Positions 28,509 to 38,825 of a DNA stretch of 64,000 nt are shown piece after piece (position 1 is the stretch's first letter; every line of letters starts with the position of its first letter). This DNA is from Vermamoeba vermiformis. Taxonomy: Eukaryota. A model generated the notes under the pieces. That model was not told the origin of the DNA. It worked only from the letters and a program-made list of their open reading frames with translations, and searched no databases. The DNA lies in assembly GCA_045837725.1 (NCBI GenBank), contig JBEWZL010000215.1:124001-188000 (forward strand). Direction: 5' to 3'. Made by a program: the position numbers and the translations under genes.

Positions 28509-29678
28509 ATGTTTACCTCAACTACTTCAAGTGCTAAAAACCGCTCAAAAACCGTTGTCGAGCGGATACACCTGAACACGCTGCTGTTACGAAACGGCAA
28601 GAAAGTAGATGCGTTTTACGAAAAAAGAAAATATTAGTACGTCATCATATGGAAATATTACAGCGATCGATTATTGTTAGCTAACAATTAAAATGCCAGT
28701 GCGAGCAAGTTTTTACAACGCCAAGAACAAGTCCGCCGATGGCTTGAAGATGTAGTTCACACAGAATTGCCGCAAAAGAGGTATTTTTCAGCTTTAACGT
28801 TGCTTTAAGCGCGTGTTGGATCGGGATCTGACTTCTTTATTAAAGTACTCAGCTTGCTCAAAGGCTCAGTGATGGGTATGTAAATAATTAATAATTTAGT
28901 TTATACAATGATCGCTTTAATCGGGTAAATTATCCAGTGAGATCCTGTGCGAGCTCGTAAATGAAATCCGCCCCAATGCTATCCCGAAGATTGTCCGCAA
29001 ACCAGAAGGGGCAGGTCCGTATTTGGCCTACTAAACTATATGTCCCTGACACTCCTTACAGAGAAGAGCTACAAGTCCATGGAGAACATTTTGGCCTTCT
29101 TGCGCGTGTGTCGTGAAGTGTTCAAGTTCCCCGAGGCAGATCTGTTCGAGCCAATTGACTTGTTCGAACAAAAGAACTGGATTAAGGTCATCTATTGTCT
29201 GCAGGCACTCGCTTCATTCGCAAAGAGGGCCAATCCAAAGGTGAAGTTGCCTCCACCAGTGGAAGTCAAAGAGCCTGTTATTGATGTGCCGCTTAATCTC
29301 TCCAATGAAGAGTCCCTGTCGCGCACAGCTGAACAGCAGATTGAAGCAATGGCCGCACAGTTCGATGAGGAGGAAGTCGAGCGCTTTGCTTCACAAGCAG
29401 ATCAGCTCCGCGCTGCAGAAGAGCACTTGCAAGAGATTAGTCTGCCGACACCGCCCAATTCACAGCCCTCAAGTCCACATGTCTCGCAAGTCATTGACCT
29501 CGAGGCCAGCAACAACAATGTCGCCGAGCCTGTCGTTGAAGTGCGTCCTCAGCTGCGGTCAGTAGGCGTCAAAGCACCTTCCAACTCCAACACTCCTGTG
29601 CTGCTGCTCCTCGGCCTCGCGCTCTGGTACTGGCTCTGGACCCTCAACAATGCTCGCGGTCAGTTGCACGTACTGTGA
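28509..29678 (+). CDS. Single calponin-homology-domain protein with a C-terminal hydrophobic (tail-anchor-like) segment
   Basis: VRRWLEDVV..LSDGEILCELVNEIRP..MENILAFLRVC..LFEPIDLFEQKNWIKVIYCLQALA; C-terminal VLLLLGLALWYWLW. Confidence 0.8.
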
Positions 29679-29848
29679 ACTGGTTGCTCGCTTTGTGTTA
29701 TTGTTCCGATCTGACGTCAGCGAAATTTGAGAACAACGAAATTTTTATTTGAACAATCAACCGAAAGATCAAACAACACAAAGCTATTTGCTTAACTATT
29801 CAATTGGGCAAATATACCATCACAAACTTGGAGCAGTTGAGCACAGCA

Positions 29849-30498
29849 ATGACAACAAGGAGAAATTACGCAATGTGCGTTTGTAAAAATATTTATTAAG
29901 TAATGTAAATAATTTAATTAATATATATCAAGACAGTAATAAGATTGTTTACTTTGAAGTGCTGTAGTCTTTACGAATATTTACAATTTTTTCAGATAAT
30001 AATTTTTGAATTTTAGCGAGCGAGGAAATTTGGGCTTAGATAAAACCGATTCGCCTCCATATGGATCAGGTGGTATCGGTGATCACCAAGAAATGTTAAT
30101 ACGAGACAACGATGAGCAGATCTCCCGTTTACACGAGAAGACCAGCGCAATTCGTGAAGTATGTGCAGCTTTTATAGTAATAGAATACAATTCCAATATT
30201 AATATATAAATAAGATTAGCGAACAAATCAGCATTGAAATTGGTCGCAGCTCGAAAGTAATTGGTCAAGTGGTAAGTTACGAAGCCTGAAATTATCTTTA
30301 GCTATATACTCATAAATTATCTATGTATATTAGGAAGAAGAAATGAATAGCGCTGAAGGACTATTAGCAACTGCAATGCAGAAACTGAGCTATTTGTCAT
30401 CTGCCGGTTCGTCAAGACACATCTGTTATTTGGTCACATTTGTGGTGTTCATATTTATAGTGCTTTATTTTGTTATCACTCGTACTGGCCGTTCTTAA
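29849..30498 (+). CDS. Bet1-like Qc-SNARE
   Basis: Spliced translation DNDEQISRLHEKTSAIREISEQISIEI...MQKLSYL..RHICYLVTFVVFIFIVLYFV (SNARE helix plus transmembrane segment). Confidence 0.78.
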
Positions 30499-30811
30499 TT
30501 TTGATTCATTAGTTTGTAAATAAACCCGAATTGTTATGACACGTGTCGCTGATCCATTGCTACCTCACGCAGCATAATTACAGGGAGATTAACGCATTGC
30601 ACGAGCTAATTGTTACGCAGCTTGTTCTATAAAAGGAAAAAAACAATCAAAAAATATCTGCTTGACCAATTTTCCGAGCTCTGGCTGACCAATCACGGAG
30701 CGAGGCCATTTGACGCGCAAAGCCCGCGTTGTAATCTCGCATTTCAATTACTTCTATTCGCATTGAACACTAAGCTCACTAAATAATTTTAATTTAATAT
30801 CTTTCTCACTC

Positions 30812-31664
30812 ATGGCTCACGAAGCGTTATTCCCTCCTGCTGGTATGAAAATGCATATTTGAATGACGGTTGTCTAGGTGCTGACACTAATCTATTGCAA
30901 CAGCCTATCCAGACATATTTAACATTACGCGTCAACAAGACTCTGAAGGCAATATTGTTTATACCAAGCTTCATGCTGCCAAGGCTTTCAAGAAAGGCGA
31001 AAAGATCTGCGACATTAGCAATATTGAACATGGTCGCGAGAAGGTAATATTATTATTCTAGCATAAAATACGCTTGCAACCGCGGATTGAATTCATTCAT
31101 TAACGATCCGTTTCAGAAATGGACCAGCGTGCAAGTCGGCAAGAACCAACACATTGAACTCTTAGACGAGCTGGTACGTAATATAGTGACAGTATTCTTG
31201 TCATTGCCTTGCACTGCAGTGTACACCAGTCCACGTCACCGCAGCTCAGTGCATTGACTTTGACACGCTGACAGGTGCCCTATACTCACGCCTATTGTCC
31301 ACTAGGTGTTCATGAATCACAGCTGCAATCCCCTCGTCAATTTGAATGTCACCGAGATGGTCATCACTGCGGCCAGAGACATCAATGTCGGCGATGAAGT
31401 CACCTTCTTCTATCCCTCCACTGGTACGTACTGCCCACGTGACACTTTGACACTCCACGCAATACTCACTTTGACACTTCAGAGTGGGAAATGTCGTGTC
31501 CATTCGCGTGCAATTGTCAGAACATCAACTGTCTGCGCGTGATTGCAGGTGCAGCACATCTGACCCCCGCGCAGCTGAGTCGTTACTTTGTCAACCAACA
31601 CATTGTCGACTTGATTGTGGACAATCTCGCGCCTGCTAGGACTAAGCGCGAGGATCGCAATTAG
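30812..31664 (+). CDS. Small SET + post-SET domain methyltransferase
   Basis: WTSVQVGKNQHIEL..FMNHSCNP..ARDINVGDEVTFFYPSTEWEMSCPFACNCQNINC. Confidence 0.85.
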
Positions 31665-32045
31665 GTGTGCGTAGCGACAAGCTAAAAATTAGTGTTATTC
31701 GCGAGGTACTTGGGCCTACTTAATAATGCACTATTATTAGCTATTAATCTACGTCATAATTATTGTAATAAAATCTCGTACATAGTTCAAAGCACTAGTT
31801 CGATGTTAAGTACTTGTAGCTGACGATAATTATTGATAAGCCATTGGCAAATAGCTAGTGATCACTTGATCGACAAGGCTTGACTGGCCTCGTAGAAAAC
31901 TATATATTGTGCACCAAGAATATTCCTTAACAATACCACTTGTGGTGTTCCGTTTCGTTTTCACGCGAAGAAAAAAAACAGAAAACAGCGCGGAGAGTTC
32001 AGGACAGTCGTTTCACTTCTTAGTCATATAAAGACCACACCTTTC

Positions 32046-34279
32046 ATGGCTGATCGCAGCAATACCAATGCGGCAAGGGTACGTAATCGGAATGCAGGAT
32101 CGTAGATCGTCGGAAGGAAGGATCAGATCCCAATATCTGAGAGAAGCACTTTCTTATTACGAATCAATTTATAAATATTTAACAATAATTATCACGTAAT
32201 TAACACCTCTAATTACGCATCTAAGAATGCGGAGCTCAAGCGGAGATCGTTATTACAGCACCAATCAGTCCTGTATTAATAATAGTAATAATTATATAGA
32301 ATGAACCCTTGATGGTCGACAAGCGCGATGGCTATATATCGCGACCTTTGTGGGTAGCAGATGCCACGGCCAAGACCTGTGCGGGTTGCAAAGCCGTCTT
32401 TTCAGTGACTGTGCGCAAGGTACGCAGCATATTAATACTACGCCCTTAATACAGCACTCACGACCCTCCAGCACCACTGTCGCATGTGTGGCAAGGTGTA
32501 CTGCCACAACTGTTCCAGTCACACGGCGTCACTGCCCCTCGAGTACGGCTACAGCACGGCACAGCGCGTGTGTGGCCCTTGTCACGCCGTGCTGAGTCAC
32601 AACGAGAAGCAGCGCAGCGACATGTTGATCCTCGTGCAGGTGAGTGATGATATGCACCCCATGGCACTATACTTAACGCGCTGCTAGTATCACTTGCGCG
32701 GCTTTGTCGATCACACGCTGGTGCAAGCAGTGCCCGAGATTGCACACCGCAGACCTCCCTTCAAGCACGTGACTCTCATTCGACACGAGAAGACCAAACA
32801 ACAGGCCCTCGTCTCACTGGTACGCAGCACTCGTGAGTGTCATATTCGTGTATAATAACCGCGATTGCTCTCAGCTGGTCTTGCCCGAGGCGACAAGTGC
32901 CGTGTACAACAGCGACAGCAAGCGACGACACGTGTCAGTGATCATGGCTGAACTCAAAGTGCGTCCGTATGCCATGTATCTATATTTAGTCATCGTCTAA
33001 CACAACGACAGCACCCCAATTTAGCACCGTTAGATCGCATTGAATTCTTGTCGAACAAAGAGGCGATAGTGGTGCGGCCATTCTACAGCAAGGGCTCGTT
33101 GAAAGATCGCATTGCACTGCGGGTACGAGCGGAGATTGTGATGTTCTTGGATGAACTAATTTCCTTATTAGGCAAACCCACTTAAACCCTATTTGACCAA
33201 GTATCAGAACCCCAAGACATTAGAACCAATTAAAGGCATGACTGTGGGCCCTAAGCTCATTTCTAAATTTGGAAGAGAACTGCTCGAAGTGATTTATTAC
33301 TTGCAACAGCGCAGCGTGCCGTGCATTCACGTGCACAGCGGCAATGTGTTGTTGGACAACGACACCGTGCTGTAAGTCACGTGGCTGATTGTTTGGTTCA
33401 GTGAACAGAACTAACACGTGATTGCAGATTGAGCGAGATTGAGAATAATTTGCTCGGTCTAGAGCCCCAATACATTGCACAAATTCGTGCAAACACTCAC
33501 TTGACACCCGAAGTCGTGTGTTTCGGTCACGTGCTCTATGAAATGACAGTTGGCCAGCCATTCTCGGGCGCTGAAGCAGACTTGACAGGTGTCAAAGGCG
33601 TGTGTCCGCCAGAGGTCTACGAGGTAAGTGCAGTGTTGGTGCACTAGCTGCGTGTACTGTCTGACACTGTTTGTTATCAGATCTTGCAATCTATCTTTGT
33701 GCGTCGTGAAGGGGCTGAAGTGCCAACGATCAAGTCACTCATGGCACACAGCTACTTCAATGTGGACACAACGCGCTTGACGACAGGCATGAAGTGGGAC
33801 ACCAAGTCCAAAACTATCATCAAATACGCGACCACACTGTGCACTGCCATGTACGCCCCTGCTGCTGCGAGCACTGAGAGTGAGACCAGTGGCACTGTGC
33901 CACCTGTCACTGTCACTGCCAGCAAACAGAGCAAAAAGAGCAAAGCCACAGCTGATGGTATGGACTGTTAATATAATTATCGCCGTTATCATTACTCATC
34001 TAACATTATGTACCACTAGACTTGCCGCGCACGCGTTCATCACGCCATGTCAAATCACCGTCAGACAGCAACAAGCGCAAGACTATGGCCCCAGGCGAAT
34101 TGATGCGCGCACAATCAGCGCTGTCAGTCGTGCCCCCGCCCCCTCCACCCCCTGGTCCTCCCCCTCCACCCCCTCCAGCTCTTGCTGCCGCACTGCCTGC
34201 CCCTCAAGCTGGTCGTACGGCCTTGCTCGATGCCATCAGGAACCCTGGCAATTTGAAGAGCTTAAAGAAAGTTAAATAA
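32046..34279 (+). CDS. FYVE - PXK/Slob-type pseudokinase - WH2 protein
   Basis: WVAD..CAGC..RKHHCRMCGKVYC (FYVE); RPFYSKGSLKD, HVHSGNVLL, FGHVLYEM (degenerate kinase); poly-Pro then GRTALLDAIR..LKKV (WH2). Confidence 0.85.
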
Positions 34280-34388
34280 GATAAGTAAAGATAGCCTATG
34301 TAATAATTATTGCGGACTTGTACACTAAAACACTGCGGAGTTAAATAAACCACTTATTTATTAAGAGTACTATTCACAAATCAACAAT

Positions 34389-36816
34389 TTAAATTTTCGG
34401 TGACAATGCTGTCAACAACTGCATGACGCGTGCAATGTCGTCGTCAGTGCGCACGGTGAATATCTCGCAGAATCCTTCAGCGCGACGAGGAGGCACGAAC
34501 ATGGTCGTGAATTTGTCCACAATCACGTGACCACTGTCGCCTTCAGGAATGGTCGGATGATTCTTGCGCACAGTGATGCGACTCTTGCACACTGCGGCGT
34601 CAATGTCGAACAACACGCAGAAGATGGTGTCAATGCGGTACTGCGCAGCCATCTTGACCCAGTTGTTGCGCTGTTGATAGTCAAAGTTGGTGCGGTCAAC
34701 AATCACACTCAGACCCTGTTTGAGCGCGGCTTCCATGCGCACTTCAACTGCTCTACGCGTGCCCAACTCGTCTTGGTTGACGCGCACCCAGCCACTCTGC
34801 TCTTGCAACTTCTCGGCAAAAGTGCTCTTGCCCGAGCCAGGAATGCCCACAGTGAGAACAATCTTCTGTCGCTGCTTGTACTCGTTGAACCAGGGCTGTT
34901 GATCAACACCCGCTTGCAACATCTCGTCGAGTGACTTGTGCAAACGAGCACGTGATAGATTGGGAATGGAAGAGACCATGGTCATAATGTCTCTTGAGAA
35001 GCGGTACCAGCCTCTCTCTGACAGATCAATTTCACTGAACGGCGTTAATGACCAGTCGATAATATTGTGCTGCACTTACGCTTTGATGTTGGCTTCATTG
35101 ACCTCCAATTCTTTCTCGAACACTTTGGCCAGTGCTTCGATTGCCTTGCCTTGCATTGGTGCATCGAATTGTTCCCAGTGGTACATTTCAATGTCCTTAG
35201 GCTTGATTTTGAATATACTCGTGCGCGTGACAGTCTCCAGTTTGTCGTTGAGCAAATAGAGCACTTTGCCTTCATAAGCAAAGCTCTCAAAATAGAAACA
35301 AGTGGAGATACCGAGCTTGGCGCGGTGTTGTTCGTTCAATTCCAGAGCTTTGGCCTTGATTTCATCGCACAACGAGATCAACTGCTCTTGCGTGAGTGGT
35401 CGAGGACCGATGTCTTGCTCGAGCAGCTGTGCACCTTGTGGCAATGGAGTTGCAACGGGTACTTCACCGCTGCTTTGCGCAATAACCCAAGCACCATACG
35501 GCACGATTGCACCGTTCAATTTGGTGACAAAGAGAGGCTTCAGCGCCACGTCAAATTCGTACTTGACGAGATGTGGCTGTAAGCTGCCACAGAGTTCAAG
35601 CGACAGCGACTGCAACGAAGGGTCCTGCAGACACGTGTCAATAACGGTGATGAGAATGTGAATTGCTCTTACCAATAGCGGTGCAAGTTGATCAGGGAGG
35701 TTCTTAAGTGTCAACCTGTCATCTAAAGACACGTGTCAATAAGTAACCGGTGAATTATTTAAAGACCTACTCTTCGGATGAAGATTGAGCGCTTGTTTGG
35801 TGAGGGACAATGTGCAGTCATATTGATGCATGTCACGCAATGTCGCGAATGGTCGTGGCTTGGCGGTGATGTATTCATTGCCCTCGTTGTCGTGGTACTT
35901 GAAGAAGGTGATATTGGTACCATTCCACTTGGTGGCAATGTACGCGTGCGTGCAGGCAGGGAACTGAATGTACTTGCTGACTGGCTCAGTGTTCTCAACA
36001 GCACTCGTAGCTTGTGTTTGCTTCTCACTCTCTGCAAGTGCAGCGAATGGATTGTTGGTCGAGAACTGAGGACTGTTGCTCTGAGGCTGTTTGGGACTGT
36101 TGTTCGTTGGACTCGCTGCTTTCTTGTTCTGTCGCGCACTGGCCCAGCTGTTCTCCTCGGCGGGGTAAGGCATTTGCAAGCTAGGCACGCAATGTATCAC
36201 TTCAGGCACGGTTAATAGCTCGCCACGGACATGCGTGATGACAATGGAACCAAACTGATTTCCTTCACTGCGACACAAGCCACCTTCGACTGGCCGTATA
36301 AAATAATCCACATTAATACAATGCTGGCTATATTTGTGACAGCAGGTGTGTTTCAGTGCCATGAATTTGTTGAGTAAATTTCGAGAAGCAGATCCACAAC
36401 GCCGTCATCTTTATCGTTTTACGAATGGATTTAATACTTACGCAATATTTTCGGATTAAATGGATCATTGTGGGTAAAATATTGAATATCTCGTTTGTTG
36501 CAGTTGAACGTCTTCGAGCCGCTGAAAAAACAAAAAATAAATCAATTAATATTTCATATAATAATTGAATAAATATAATACCGTTAAAATAACAATAATC
36601 GTGCAGTAGTATAAATAAAGAATACAGATCAATTTGAATTTTGTAATTCGTTAAAAACATTCTGCATTTTGGCAGAAATCAAAGCACCGTTCGCTATTAA
36701 TAGTGACCATACATATCTAAGGCTTGATCGAGGTTTGGATTTGAACTATCGCTGCCAGATCTGCCATTGGAATTATTGTAGTTGCGATTTCCACCTCGAC
36801 CACCTCTTTTGCTCAT
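34389..36816 (-). CDS. RNA-ligase-like nucleotidyltransferase fused to a C-terminal AAA_33-type polynucleotide kinase
   Basis: TKWNGTN, LELCG, YEGKV and FKIK in ligase motif order, then GIPGSGKST, VNQD and IVDRTN; exons join in frame through GT-AG introns. Confidence 0.75.
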
Positions 36817-37008
36817 ACTTGTAACTGATATCAAAGGAAGGTGTTGTGTGCTGTGCTGAGAATGCTCGACAATGTCCCACAACCAACCAGGAATTCTTTA
36901 AAATAGGTCTGGCTAGAAAAAGATAAGAACGAATGAGATTTCGTTGTCGGTCAACGGGACAAATGCGAGCCCATAAGCAACATAATCAATATACACTACA
37001 ACGACACT

Positions 37009-38732
37009 TTATCCACAAAATACTACAACTAATACATCAGATGTACCACCACCACGCGATGCGGTCATCACTCTACGTTCTTGGGTGTTCGGATTTCCTC
37101 CTATAATAGCATGAATATGATCGCGTAGTCTATGTACAAACATCAACTCCTGCTTCTGATAGTCCTCAACCAGTCTGGCCGGATAATGTGCGGTGGAGCT
37201 AATTTTGCGCTCGTATTCCTAAAATAGACTCGTCAGAAATGGTCTTTAAGTTGCTTGATATCGCAGGCATTACCTCTACAGACATGGTGTGACGTGCTTC
37301 AAGCGAGCTCAACATCTCATTCAAGTACTGCACTACTCGAGTCCTGTGTGCGTCGGACACAAACAATCGTTCGCGGCTCAGGTCTGCGTTGTCTAGCTCA
37401 TCGAAATCTTCTTTGTCCATCATATATATGCTCAACGCATATAAGAACTGCATGGTCCTGTCGCTCAAATCCAGAGTGTACTCGCTAAGAGTGGATTCAA
37501 TTAGTTCACTGAGTGATCACGCATAATCTACTCAGTACCTCGCGATGGGGATAGTATTCGCTTTGAGCACGTCTTGTTTCGTGGACAAGAAGCTAACGGC
37601 ATTGTAGAACGTGTCATCGAGTGTCCAAGGCATGAAGTGAAAGCGATTGAACGGCAACAAAAAGCCGTAGCAGAGAAAGAAATCTTCGTTCTGACTCTTG
37701 CCGTAACTGAAATAACATTGCGAGCCCTGGCTGACTGGATCGGTGGCTGTGATCACGAACCAACCAGACTCGGTGTGAAATTTAATGGTGTTGCTGATGT
37801 CGGGTTAGTTCTCGAGCCAGCAAATGACACGTGTCACTTACTCGTCAGCTCCCTCGTGCTGGCACTGGTGATTGAACATGTCTGCCATGGGTATCACTGC
37901 ATAAGCAGGGTTATCGAGCTCAAAAGCACGTGACAATACTATCCAAATCGCCCAGCGGTACTCTTGCAAAGTAATCACGCTTGTATCAAACAAGTGCGGA
38001 TTGTCCTAATACACTTAGTACAGTATCACCGCGAATTCATGGACTCACCTTCATGATAGGATAGAACACTTTGAAATACGCTTCGTTGAACACTTTCTTC
38101 TGTTGCTTCAGGCGTGCGTGCGTCACAGGGCACGTCTGTCGCATATCATCGAACAGGTGGTCTTCCCACAGCATCGGTAGACTGGGCTCTGGTAAAGCAT
38201 GTGCGAAACTAAGTTAAGAAACAATTTGGCAAAGTTGAATTGCTACATGACCGGTGCTGGTAAAAGGATATCAAAATAAGGGCGCCAGAACGAATTAGGC
38301 TTGGACTTTTCGTGCAACAGAAGCAATACTATAGAAGCGAACGGGTCTTGCAAGATGCTCGGATCTGTCAACTGCGTTTCTAGCGTTGTGCGCAATTCGG
38401 GGTTTATCATCGATATCATCATTGTCGGGGGAACTTTCAAAATTACTTGCCCAGCCTATAATAATGCATGTCATAAGGAAACAATGCACCTCCAAGATTG
38501 TTAATATCATTCTCGATTTAATTGTCCGAAAATCTGTAATAAATTCGGAATTAATTTAACGCACCTCCACTGGTTTATGCGCAATAATTCCACGGCCAGT
38601 GTCGTCAAAAAAATGTATTCCAAACATATTATCTTCTGGGTAATCAAGCTCTTGGCTATCAGCCACATCCGCAGCTCGGAGCGCGTGTTGGCGGTTATTA
38701 GACCAGAACCATTCTTCAAAAACTGCTTCCAT
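37009..38732 (-). CDS. Rubisco-LSMT/SETD3-like SET domain methyltransferase (contains an AT-AC intron)
   Basis: TGRGIIA..ILKVP, WRPYFDALP, WAIWIVLSRAF, IPMADMFNH, YFSYG..NEDFFLCYGF; 3' end approximate. Confidence 0.85.
38201..38271 (-). other. U12-type AT-AC intron, 71 nt
   Basis: 5' ATATCCTTTT, branch TTTCTTAAC (38221-38213), 3' CAC; removal restores WRPYFD-ALPEPSLPMLW. Confidence 0.9.
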
Positions 38733-38825
38733 GTTCTAATACAATACTATGATAGTTGTCGTGCATAGGAATTAAACAATCAATTTGAAATATTTTACAT
38801 CTATAATTACACGACGCACACTTTG

